Source: Candidatus Micrarchaeota archaeon
Lineage (GTDB): Archaea; Micrarchaeota; Micrarchaeia; Norongarragalinales; SBBD01
Length of the DNA stretch: 59,563 bases
Assembly (NCBI GenBank): GCA_043806595.1
Contig: JAZDGU010000050.1
Location: forward strand, 1-59,563
Reading direction: 5' to 3'
This document shows, piece after piece, positions 16,193 to 24,432 of this stretch (the first letter of the stretch is position 1; every line of letters starts with the position of its first letter). The translations under genes and the position numbers were made by a program. The notes beneath the pieces were generated by a model. It was not told where the DNA came from and made no database searches. It saw nothing but the letters and a program-made list of their open reading frames with translations.

Positions 16193-17668
16193 ATGGAAAC
16201 AAGCTTGCAGCTCACGATGGGCAGAAGAAACCAGATTGCCGAGGAAGTGCTCGCCATGGCGCGCGAGAAGGGCGTCCAAGCGGTCGACTTCAAGTTCACC
16301 GACCTCATCGGAATCTGGCAGCACAAGAGCGTGCAGCTCAGCCACGTGAGCACGGAAATCTTCAGCGACGGCACGGGCTTCGACGGCAGCAGCATCCGCG
16401 GCTTCCAGACCATAGACGAGAGCGACATGGTCCTCGTAGCGGACGCCGGCACCGCGTTCATCGACCCGTTTCCGATGCAGCCCACGCTCAGCGTAACCTG
16501 CGACGTCGTGGATCCGTCGGGCAAGAACCGCTACTCCAAGGACCCGAGGCACACCGCGCAGAAGGCCGAGGAGTACCTCGTGCAGAGCGGCATAGCGGAC
16601 TCGAGCGGCTGGGGGCCGGAAATCGAGTTCTTCGTCTTCGACGGCGTCGGCTTCTCCGAGAGCAAGAGCCACGCGGAGTACAGGCTTCACGTCGAGGAGG
16701 ACGCGGTGGTTACCGGCTCGCACGGGCCGGCGGGCCACAACCTCGGCCACAAGCTGAGGAACAAGTCCGGCTACTTCAGGGTCCCGCCCTCGGATTCCCT
16801 GCAGGACGTGAGGGCCGAGATGTCCTCCACCATGGAACAGCTGGGCATCGACGTCGAGGCGCACACTCACGAGGTCGCGGCCGCGCAATGCGAGATCTCG
16901 GTGCGCTACGACACGCTTACGAAGATGGCCGACAAGTCCATGCTCTACAAGTACATAGTGAAGAACGTCGCCAAGAGGCACGGGAAGACGGCGACGTTCA
17001 TGCCCAAGCCCGTGTTCGGCGACAACGGCAGCGGCATGCACGTCCACCAGAGCCTCTCCAAGTCGGGCAGGCCGCTCTTCTATGACGGCGAAGGCTACGC
17101 GGAATTCAGCAGGCTCGGCCTCAACTACATCGGCGGGCTGCTGGCGCACGCGCCGGCGCTCATGGCGTTCTGCGCGCCCTCGACGAACTCCTACAAGCGG
17201 CTCGTCCCCGGCTACGAGGCGCCCGTGAACATCGCGTTCGGCTCGCGCAACCGCTCCGCCGCGGTGCGCATACCCATGTACGTGAGCGGCCAGCAGAACG
17301 CGAAGAGCAAGCGCCTCGAGTTCCGGCCGCCGGACCCCACGTGCAACCCGTACCTCGCGTTCGCGGCGATGCTCATGGCGGGCGTGGACGGAATCAAGCG
17401 CAAGATAGACCCGATCGCGGAAGGATTCGGGCCGATAGACAAGAACATCTATGCGCTTCCGCCAGAGGAAAGGGCGAAGGTCAGGTCGGTGCCGGGCTCG
17501 CTCAGGGAGTCCCTCGACGCGCTCGCTGCGGACAACTCGTTCCTCCAGGAGGGCGGGGTGTTCAGCAAGGCGCTGATCGACTCCTACATCGAGATCAAGA
17601 GGGAGGAGGCCGACGCCGTGCGCATCAGGCCGCACCCGTACGAGTTCTACCTCTACTACGACGCGTGA
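16193..17668 (+). CDS. glnA: Glutamine synthetase (type I)
   Basis: ORF 16142..17668. METSLQ... at 16193 is chosen because ATG 16142 is only about 6 nt from the TATA (16127-16135). Typical GS motifs are present: FDGSSIRGF, KPVFGDNGSGMHVHQS, NSYKRLVPGYEAP, SRNRSAAVRIP. Confidence 0.9.
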   Translation: METSLQLTMGRRNQIAEEVLAMAREKGVQAVDFKFTDLIGIWQHKSVQLSHVSTEIFSDGTGFDGSSIRGFQTIDESDMVLVADAGTAFIDPFPMQPTLSVTCDVVDPSGKNRYSKDPRHTAQKAEEYLVQSGIADSSGWGPEIEFFVFDGVGFSESKSHAEYRLHVEEDAVVTGSHGPAGHNLGHKLRNKSGYFRVPPSDSLQDVRAEMSSTMEQLGIDVEAHTHEVAAAQCEISVRYDTLTKMADKSMLYKYIVKNVAKRHGKTATFMPKPVFGDNGSGMHVHQSLSKSGRPLFYDGEGYAEFSRLGLNYIGGLLAHAPALMAFCAPSTNSYKRLVPGYEAPVNIAFGSRNRSAAVRIPMYVSGQQNAKSKRLEFRPPDPTCNPYLAFAAMLMAGVDGIKRKIDPIAEGFGPIDKNIYALPPEERAKVRSVPGSLRESLDALAADNSFLQEGGVFSKALIDSYIEIKREEADAVRIRPHPYEFYLYYDA

Positions 17669-17731
17669 GGGAAGCGACCCCCCGCGTTGCAGCCGGCCGG
17701 ATATTTATAGGCTTCGGCCCCAAAGGACTCC

Positions 17732-18139
17732 ATGGCCGAACGGAAAATCCGCGTCCATATCGGCTGCTGGGACTACGGCGCCAGGTCGTACAATAACAAA
17801 CTTACGTTCGAGGGGATGGTCCGGAGACTGGGCCTCGGTGAAAGATTCGAATTCACAAACAGCCATACGCGGGGCTATACGGGGCCTTTCGAAGGCGATC
17901 ACAACGAGGCAGACTACCTCGTTGGCATGGACAGGGGATGCGCCGCTTACTTGAACAAGGCGCGGATCAAACCATTGGACGAATCGAGGATCTTTGCGTT
18001 GGACGAGTGGCGGAACAAATGGCTTGAACCAAAAAGGCTTGATGAGATGAAACGGCGCGTGCAACAACGGCGCGTGGAAATCATCAGAGCCATACTGAAG
18101 GCTGAGGGCATTAGGCTGAAACGCGGCCGGAAGGCATGA
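17732..18139 (+). CDS. Low-molecular-weight phosphatase-like protein (CX5R(S) motif)
   Basis: 135 aa. N-terminal IRVHIGCWDYGARSY fits the C-X5-R-S P-loop of LMW-PTP/ArsC-type phosphatases, and LVGMD resembles the conserved (I/L)xxMD. Leaderless behind ATATTTATAG. Confidence 0.4.
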   Translation: MAERKIRVHIGCWDYGARSYNNKLTFEGMVRRLGLGERFEFTNSHTRGYTGPFEGDHNEADYLVGMDRGCAAYLNKARIKPLDESRIFALDEWRNKWLEPKRLDEMKRRVQQRRVEIIRAILKAEGIRLKRGRKA

Positions 18140-18264
18140 CAAGCGCTTCGTCAACTGCCAGAACGGGGTTCGTTGGCTGGAAAGGTTTTTAAAAAGAAAC
18201 CGCGTCTCTTGCACCGCATACGCCATCGAAGCCCTCCGGCAATCGGAGGGCGAGCTGATACCCT

Positions 18265-19374
18265 ATGCGGTTCGACATCAAGTCGCTTAAGCCGGAGACC
18301 GTCGTTCAGACGTACGACCACGCCACCAGGACGGAAGGCATAATGGTCATCGACAATACCGCGCTCGGCCCCGGAAAAGGCGGAATACGCATGGTCCCCG
18401 ACATCTCCGTGCAGGAGGTCGAAAGGCTGGCGAAGGCGATGACGTTCAAGAACGCCCTAGCGAAGCTACCCTTCGGCGGCGCGAAGAGCGGCATCCGCAT
18501 GCAGCACGGCATGGACAAGGACAAGGCGATGAGGGCGTTCGCCCGCGGGATCCGGAAATTCATCCACGACGAGTACGTCGCCGGCCCCGACATGAACACC
18601 ACGGAGAACGAGATGCGGTCGTTCGCGGAAGAGCTCAACGACACGAAGGCGTGCACCGGCAAGCCCGACGACATGGGCGGACTGCCCCACGAGCTCGGCA
18701 GCACGGGCTTCGGCGTCGCGCATTCCGCGATGACGGCGATGGGACTGCTCGGCATGGACGTCGGAAAGGCGCGCGTGGCAATCGAGGGCTTCGGCAACGT
18801 CGGCACGTTCACCGCGAGGTTCCTGCACGAGAAGGGGGCGAAGATCGTGGCCATTTCCGACCTCAGCGGCTGCCTCTACGACGCCAAGGGCCTCGACGTC
18901 CCCTCGCTCCTGAAACACCGCGACTCGAACCAATACATCTCCAACTTCCCGCACGACCACTTCAAGCTGCTGCCGAAGGAGGAGCTCTTCAAGCTTGAGG
19001 CCGACGTCCTCATCCCCGGGGCGAGGCCGGACGCCATCAACGACGGCAACAAGGCCGCGGTCAAGGCCAGGCTCGTCGTCGAGGCCGCGAACATCCCCGC
19101 GAGCAATGCAGTTGAACGCGAGCTCGAGGCCCGCGGCATCGCCATTGTGCCGGACATCGTGGCCAACGCCGGCGGAGTAATCAGCTCATACGTCGAGTTC
19201 ATCGACGGCACCGAGGCGCAGATGTTCTCGCTCGTCAAGAAGACCGTTACGGAGAACACCCAAACGGTAATCAAGAAACACCTCGAGACCAAGCGCGACA
19301 GCAGGGAGATTTCCCTCGAGATGGCGGGAGAGCGAATCTGCGCCGCCATGGAGAAGCGCATGAACGCAGGCTGA
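18265..19374 (+). CDS. Glu/Leu/Phe/Val dehydrogenase family enzyme (short form; glutamate dehydrogenase-like)
   Basis: GPGKGGIRM, KLPFGGAKSGI (catalytic Lys), GFGNVG (NAD(P) Rossmann), EAANIP. Confidence 0.85.
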   Translation: MRFDIKSLKPETVVQTYDHATRTEGIMVIDNTALGPGKGGIRMVPDISVQEVERLAKAMTFKNALAKLPFGGAKSGIRMQHGMDKDKAMRAFARGIRKFIHDEYVAGPDMNTTENEMRSFAEELNDTKACTGKPDDMGGLPHELGSTGFGVAHSAMTAMGLLGMDVGKARVAIEGFGNVGTFTARFLHEKGAKIVAISDLSGCLYDAKGLDVPSLLKHRDSNQYISNFPHDHFKLLPKEELFKLEADVLIPGARPDAINDGNKAAVKARLVVEAANIPASNAVERELEARGIAIVPDIVANAGGVISSYVEFIDGTEAQMFSLVKKTVTENTQTVIKKHLETKRDSREISLEMAGERICAAMEKRMNAG

Positions 19375-19455
19375 AACCCGCCTGCCGCCGTAAGCATACC
19401 CCCACATCCTCCGAAACGCTTTTTATCCTCCGCAGGCACAACCTTTTTCACGGAT

Positions 19456-19561
19456 GGCGTGGGTCGTCTAGCTTGGTCCAGGATTGGGGACTGTGGCCCG
19501 CATTTGCACGCGCAAGGCGGACGGAAATCCCCCGACGCGAGTTCAAATCTCGCCCCATGCC
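19456..19561 (+). tRNA. tRNA-His(GUG) with encoded G-1 and a 30-nt intron (19497-19526)
   Basis: G(-1)-GCGUGGG-UC-GUCU-AGCUUGGUCCA-GGAU-U-GGGGA-CUGUGG[30 nt]A-UCCCC-CGAC-GCGAG-UUCAAAU-CUCGC-CCCAUGC-C. G-1 can pair with C73, as expected for tRNA-His. Confidence 0.85.
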
Positions 19562-19564
19562 CTC

Positions 19565-19612
19565 GACACCTCAGGGGGGCTCTGCCCCCCTACGCGTGTC
19601 GCCTCTCCCCCC
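19565..19612 (+). repeat. 'X' hairpin element copy 1 (GACACCTCAGGGGGG-CTCTG-CCCCCCTACGCGTGTCGCCTCTCCCCCC)
   Basis: About 90% identical to 57116..57162. Nested inverted repeats GACAC/GTGTC and G6/C6 flank a variable 5-nt loop. TTTAAAA follows within 11 nt. Confidence 0.7.
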
Positions 19613-19716
19613 GTGGAGAGAAGTTTAAAACAAGAAGGGATTGATGGTAACGGACATCAGGGGTATCAGAAAGTGGAGAAAATGAAGGGGGCGGAGCCCC
19701 ATGCGTTTTTCCGTTC

Positions 19717-19736
19717 CAAATCTCGCCCCATGCCCT
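19717..19736 (+). repeat. Exact 20-nt copy of the tRNA-His 3' end (CAAATCTCGCCCCATGCCCT)
   Basis: Identical to 19544..19563 (T-loop through discriminator plus 2 nt). It is followed by a degenerate, expanded X-like segment ending ...CCCTACGCGGGCGGCCTCTCCCCTCCC, and then the hisS TATA. Confidence 0.8.
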
Positions 19737-19919
19737 TCGCCCCTCAGGGAACCTACGGTTCACTCGGAGACCGCGAGTCTCCGGCGCCCCCGAGACGAAA
19801 AGTCTCGACGGCCCTACGCGGGCGGCCTCTCCCCTCCCTTATTACTGGCCGGCTACGCCGTCCGGGGGAAAGGAACTGTTAAAAAGAACGCCAACCGCAC
19901 GATAACAAAGGCGAACGAA

Positions 19920-21251
19920 ATGGAAGAGAAAAAGGATGCCGAAGTGCTCTCACCCGCGAGGGGGATGCGCGACTTCATGCCGGACGAGAAGAGGCTCCGG
20001 GACGGGGTAGTGGAAACCCTCAAGCGGAAATTTGAGGCCTACGCGTTCCAGCCCCTCGAGACCCCCGCGGTCGAAAGGCTCGAAGTGCTGGCAAGCAAGT
20101 ACGCCGGCGGCGAGGAAATACTGAAGGAAGTGTTCAAGCTCAAGGACCAGGGCGGACGCGAGCTCGGCCTGCGCTACGACCTCACCGTGCCCTTGTGCAG
20201 GCTGGTCGCGGCAAACCCGCGCATGCCAATGCCTTTCAAGCGCTACCAGATCGCCCCGGTCTGGCGCGACGGCCCGTTGAAACAGGGCAGGTACCGCGAG
20301 TTCGTGCAGTGCGACGTCGACACCGTCGGCAGCGAGAGCATGCTCGCGGACGCGGAAATCCTCGCGCTCGCAGCAGACGCGCTCGCCGGCATCTTCGGGG
20401 AAGGCAAATTCGGGATAAAGGTAAGCAACCGGAAGCTGCTGGCAGGCATGCTGGAGGAGGCGGGAATCTCTGAAGGCAGGGAAGCCGGGGTCATGCTTTC
20501 CCTCGACAAGCTGGCAAAGGTCGGCAGGCAGGGCGTGCTGGATGAAATGAAATCGAAGGGCATTCCGATGGAGCAGGCGGAACAGGCTCTTGCGTTTGCG
20601 GCAGCGAAGAAACTCGAAGACCTCGAGGCACTTCTTTCGAACCCGAAGGCAAAAGCGGGAATATCGGAACTGCGGGACGTGTTCTCATACTGCGAAAAGA
20701 TGGGGTGCGCCGGATCGCTTGAATTCGACGCGAGCCTCGCGCGCGGCCTGCAGTATTACACGGGCACCATCTTCGAGGCGTACTTGAAGGATTCGGCGAT
20801 CAAGTCGTCCGTCGCCGGCGGCGGAAGGTACGACGACCTCATCGGCGGCTTTGCAGGCAGGGGCGGAAGAATATGCGCCGTCGGCATCTCCTTCGGCCTC
20901 GACGTCATCTGCGAGGCGCTTAAAGGGAAGGGCAGGGAAGCCAGAGGTGGCGACCGAAAACGCGCGTTCATCATCCCCGTCTCCAAGGAAGGCTCGCGTG
21001 AAGTCCTAGAAGCCTGCCTCGCGGCCGCAGCGGCGCTCAGGAAGGCCGGCGTTCCTGTCGGAATCGACTTGATGCAGAGAAGCCTCGCGAAGAACATGGA
21101 ATATGCGTCCAAGAACGGCTTCGGGCAGGTTGTGCTCGCCGGCGAGAGCGAGCTCAGGCAGGGCAAATACAAACTGCGGGACCTTGCCACTGGAAAGGAA
21201 CGGCTGCTCGGCCTGCAGGATCTCGCGAAGGCTACGCGAGCTGTTCCGTAG
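19920..21251 (+). CDS. hisS: Histidyl-tRNA synthetase
   Basis: Internal ATG of ORF 19701..21251 (MEEKKDAEVLSPARGMRDF...). Class II motifs are present: RYDLTVP, FKRYQIAPVWRDGP, REFVQCDVD, GGGRYDDL. TATA (GTTAAAAAG) is about 35 nt upstream. Confidence 0.9.
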   Translation: MEEKKDAEVLSPARGMRDFMPDEKRLRDGVVETLKRKFEAYAFQPLETPAVERLEVLASKYAGGEEILKEVFKLKDQGGRELGLRYDLTVPLCRLVAANPRMPMPFKRYQIAPVWRDGPLKQGRYREFVQCDVDTVGSESMLADAEILALAADALAGIFGEGKFGIKVSNRKLLAGMLEEAGISEGREAGVMLSLDKLAKVGRQGVLDEMKSKGIPMEQAEQALAFAAAKKLEDLEALLSNPKAKAGISELRDVFSYCEKMGCAGSLEFDASLARGLQYYTGTIFEAYLKDSAIKSSVAGGGRYDDLIGGFAGRGGRICAVGISFGLDVICEALKGKGREARGGDRKRAFIIPVSKEGSREVLEACLAAAAALRKAGVPVGIDLMQRSLAKNMEYASKNGFGQVVLAGESELRQGKYKLRDLATGKERLLGLQDLAKATRAVP

Positions 21252-22080
21252 AAGGCCAGAGGCACACGCGGAACGCCATGTTCTTCTTCATGAAGCCCTC
21301 CCTCAAGCTCGACCCTGTCTTGGCGACGAGCACCGTGAAGGGGCTCCGCATGGACATCAGCTGCGCTGAATTGACCTTGCTGCAGTCGAACTGCTCCTGA
21401 AAGATTTTCATTTCGCTGGCGGAAAGGCCGGAGGGGGAGAACTCCTTCGCGAACATCACGTCGCTCGCGTACTTCTTGTCGAAATCAGTGCCCTCTTCCC
21501 GGTATGGCAGGATGGGGGTCTCTCCAGTCGATCCGGCCGGGGCTTCCGTAATCTCGGCGAGGTAGTGGTAGCCGGAGAACGTGAACGGCTTCATGAACTC
21601 CTTCATGGCACAACGGAGCGCGGTCTTGCCGTGCTGGTCCGCGTTGCCGAACTTGTCGTTCAGCATCCGCACGCCCTCGGGGTCGGAGACGTCCTTCTTC
21701 ACGAGGTCCATGACCGTCGTCAGCATGGGGTAGGGCGCGAGTTTGCTGCAGACGAACTCGAATGCGGTTCCGGCGCTGTTCTTGCAATAATATTTTGCAT
21801 TATCCCCGCCGGAAAGGTCGTGGCAGTAGTCCTTGACCGGCACGCCGCCGCCCTGGCTGTTGGAAACGCCGGGCTTGAGGGCCATCGAGGCCACGTCCAC
21901 GTAATACAGCGCCTTCGTGACGCTCTGCTGGTAGTTCATTACGTACGCGCTGCTGAGCGTGCGGTCCTGCGAGTTCGTGTAGGCGTTGAGCGCCACGAAG
22001 ACCATGGATATGGAGAATATCACGACGAGCAGGAAGAGTATGCCGTCGAAGAACACCGCCTGCGAGCGAAGCCGGGCCAT
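21232..22080 (-). CDS. Hypothetical protein with pilin-like (class III signal-like) N-terminus
   Basis: MARLRSQ/AVFFDGILFLLVVIFSISMVFVAL: a short basic leader followed by a hydrophobic helix. Third gene of a tight 3-gene operon. Confidence 0.45.
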   Translation of the reverse strand: MARLRSQAVFFDGILFLLVVIFSISMVFVALNAYTNSQDRTLSSAYVMNYQQSVTKALYYVDVASMALKPGVSNSQGGGVPVKDYCHDLSGGDNAKYYCKNSAGTAFEFVCSKLAPYPMLTTVMDLVKKDVSDPEGVRMLNDKFGNADQHGKTALRCAMKEFMKPFTFSGYHYLAEITEAPAGSTGETPILPYREEGTDFDKKYASDVMFAKEFSPSGLSASEMKIFQEQFDCSKVNSAQLMSMRSPFTVLVAKTGSSLREGFMKKNMAFRVCLWPSTEQLA

Positions 22081-22081
22081 G

Positions 22082-22630
22082 TCACACCCACCCCGCGATG
22101 CTGAGCAGTCCGAGGCCGCGCAGGCCCTGCGCGCAGTCGACGGCCATCGGGTAGCTCAGGATGAACGCGTTCTCGGAAGGAAGCACGACTGCAGCCGGGG
22201 GATTGGCCGCAACAGGAGTCGATTCGGGCTCGAAGTCTTCGGCGGTGGCGCACAACAGGTCCTTGCCGAACCAATAGAGAGAGGCACCCGTATCGTGGTC
22301 TGCGAGCGTCAGCGCCTCGTTGACGTCGATTTTTCCGCAGTACTTCTTGAGCACCATGGCGAACCGTATGCCGTTCTTCTTCGCGGTCTCCTTGAGCACC
22401 CCGCACTTGTCTTCGAACTCCGTCTGCGGCATGTAGCCCTTCTCGGTCGCGAGGTAGGAGAGGTCGAGAGTCGCCTGCTTGAGGTTGAGGTATCCGTTGC
22501 GGACGGCGAGCTGCTGCTGGAGGTAAACGAGCGAGAGGATGAATATGAGGATGCCCGTGACTATGGGGAAGATGCTCGGGATGTCGTCGCCGAGCGGACC
22601 AATGAAACCCTTCTTTTTCACGATTATCAC
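22082..22630 (-). CDS. Hypothetical protein with pilin-like N-terminus
   Basis: GTG 22630 overlaps the upstream stop (GTGA); GTG 22621 is an alternative. (VII)VKKKGFIGPLGDDIPSIFPIVTGILIFILSLVYL. Confidence 0.4.
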   Translation of the reverse strand: MIIVKKKGFIGPLGDDIPSIFPIVTGILIFILSLVYLQQQLAVRNGYLNLKQATLDLSYLATEKGYMPQTEFEDKCGVLKETAKKNGIRFAMVLKKYCGKIDVNEALTLADHDTGASLYWFGKDLLCATAEDFEPESTPVAANPPAAVVLPSENAFILSYPMAVDCAQGLRGLGLLSIAGWV

Positions 22631-23310
22631 GTCTCGTACTTGAATCCGCAGATGTTTTCGGCAACCGGTGAATTCCCGGCGATGTTGTCGTCGGTCAGCT
22701 GCATGCACTGCCCGATTTCAGGGTGTGCGCAATCCTGGATATAAAGGTGGCGGACGTAGCGTTCATCGCCCGGGGGCGCGAGCTTGTAGCCGCACTTTAT
22801 CGTCACGAGGTAGAAGGACTTCTTCGCCGGGTCGATGTCCGACGGGCTGAAGCGCAGGATTTCGCCGAAACCGTATGGGTCGGCGATCACGCCCCGCGAA
22901 TCAACCGAGGGGGTCAGATGCAAAAAGAGCCTCGAATAAGGCACGCTCGCGGATCCAGTGCAGCTCTTCTCGGAAGCGGGCGCGACGTCGATGACTAGCC
23001 TGCCGTCGCACATGCCGGTGCACCCGGAAACCAGCTTGTGGTCGGTGATGTTCACGTAGTAGCGCACGTTGTCGGCCCTGCCGAGGGAAAGCCCGGGAGG
23101 GAAAGGGTAGACGCGCTGCTCGTCTTCCGCGGGGGATTCGATGACCTGCGCGAGCCTGCCGGCGATGGCGGACGCGATGGCCTGGGACTGGTCGTCGCAG
23201 ATCTTTTCCCTCGCGGAAATCTCGAAGGAGAATATGATGGCCGCGAGCGCGATGATGAAGAATACCATCCCGAACTTCGTGAGCATCCAGAGCGAGATTT
23301 CGCCGCGCAT
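22627..23310 (-). CDS. Hypothetical protein with pilin-like N-terminus, Cys-containing ectodomain
   Basis: MRGEISLWMLTKFGMVFFIIALAAIIFSF... The TATA is 25 nt upstream (leaderless). First gene of the operon. Confidence 0.45.
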   Translation of the reverse strand: MRGEISLWMLTKFGMVFFIIALAAIIFSFEISAREKICDDQSQAIASAIAGRLAQVIESPAEDEQRVYPFPPGLSLGRADNVRYYVNITDHKLVSGCTGMCDGRLVIDVAPASEKSCTGSASVPYSRLFLHLTPSVDSRGVIADPYGFGEILRFSPSDIDPAKKSFYLVTIKCGYKLAPPGDERYVRHLYIQDCAHPEIGQCMQLTDDNIAGNSPVAENICGFKYET

Positions 23311-23334
23311 GATGGATACGAACGGGGGCGCGCT

Positions 23335-23342
23335 TTAAATAC
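23335..23342. promoter_or_regulatory. Shared TATA box (TTTAAATA) for the divergent pilin-like operon and marC-family gene
   Basis: 25 nt from ATG 23310 (minus strand) and 36 nt from ATG 23378 (plus strand). Confidence 0.5.
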
Positions 23343-23377
23343 TTGGCGCGAGTAGGGGCATGCGGTGCAATCGGAGA

Positions 23378-23959
23378 ATGGAGGACGTGTTCGCTTCGTT
23401 CGTCAAGGCGTTCGTGCTTTTGTTCGCAATCATGGACCCTTTCTCGAGCGTGCCCATACTAGTCGCGCTGACGAAGGGCTTCAAGGAACGAGACCGGAAC
23501 AGGGCCGTCGACGAGGCCATATTCGTGGCGCTCGTGATAGTCCTGGTCTTCGCGTTCTTCGGCACGGGCCTCCTCGACGTCCTGACCATCAAGCTCGACG
23601 ACTTCATGGTCGCCGGCGGCATCGTCATCGGCCTGCTCGGCATCCAATTGATGTTCGTAGGCGAGGACCGCATGAAGAAGGCCGCCAACTACCAGCTTGC
23701 CGCAGTTGTAATCGCGACGCCCATGCTCACCGGGCCCGGGGTGATCAGCACCGTGATAGTCCTGCACGCCTCCGAGGGCCTCGTGGTGACGCTTGCCGCG
23801 GCTGCGGTGTCGCTGGGGCTGGCATGGATTATACTGCGGAATTCCGCGCGCCTTTTCAAGGCGATGGGCCACCAGTTCCTCGGCGTGTTCAGCAGGATAA
23901 TGGGCCTGCTCCTGATAGCGCTTGCCGTGGGGTTCGTCAGGCGCGGCCTCGGGATGTGA
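23378..23959 (+). CDS. MarC-family (UPF0056) integral membrane protein
   Basis: FVKAFVLLFAIMDPFSSVPI... is the MarC signature, with 6 predicted TM helices. ATG 23378 is preferred because ATG 23360 is only 18 nt from the TATA. Confidence 0.75.
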   Translation: MEDVFASFVKAFVLLFAIMDPFSSVPILVALTKGFKERDRNRAVDEAIFVALVIVLVFAFFGTGLLDVLTIKLDDFMVAGGIVIGLLGIQLMFVGEDRMKKAANYQLAAVVIATPMLTGPGVISTVIVLHASEGLVVTLAAAAVSLGLAWIILRNSARLFKAMGHQFLGVFSRIMGLLLIALAVGFVRRGLGM

Positions 23960-24418
23960 ATGAGGATAATTGAACCGCTTCCATTCATCGAAGGCTATAT
24001 ACTAAAACGGGTGGTCCAAGCCTTCTCGGGGTGGGTAGGAAACCCGATAAATGCGGGCATTGCCGTCGTGTGGGGGTTCACTGCAGCGCTGCAGGTACTC
24101 GACCCGCGTTTTTGGGCGTATTTTTGGGCGTTCGCCGGGTGTGCCGGGTTGCACAGCTTGCTAATGGCTTTTTATAAAAATTTGGCACGGAATCGAGCGC
24201 TTGAAAAATTCGCCGAGACCACAAAATCGGTTCTGATGCTGGTCATGCTTCCGCTTTTTGCAATTTTTTCGGGGGTGAACGCGTATTTTATTGCAATTGG
24301 TGCGATTGCTGCAGCGGGAGGGAAGGCGCCGGATGGCCAACGGATTGCGTTTCTTGCAGCCCAGGCGGCGTTTATCGTGATTGGAATTTGGAAATTGCCT
24401 GGAAAGTCAAAGATATGA
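23960..24418 (+). CDS. Hypothetical small membrane protein
   Basis: 152 aa with 4 hydrophobic helices. The ATG immediately follows the marC stop codon (TGAATG, no gap). GC is locally lower. Confidence 0.45.
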   Translation: MRIIEPLPFIEGYILKRVVQAFSGWVGNPINAGIAVVWGFTAALQVLDPRFWAYFWAFAGCAGLHSLLMAFYKNLARNRALEKFAETTKSVLMLVMLPLFAIFSGVNAYFIAIGAIAAAGGKAPDGQRIAFLAAQAAFIVIGIWKLPGKSKI

Positions 24419-24432
24419 ATCCTGCGGCATAA

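Noticed and set aside
16061-17635. 524-aa minus-strand ORF
   Set aside because: It lies antisense to glutamine synthetase. It has no motifs and is extremely rich in Arg, Ala and His.
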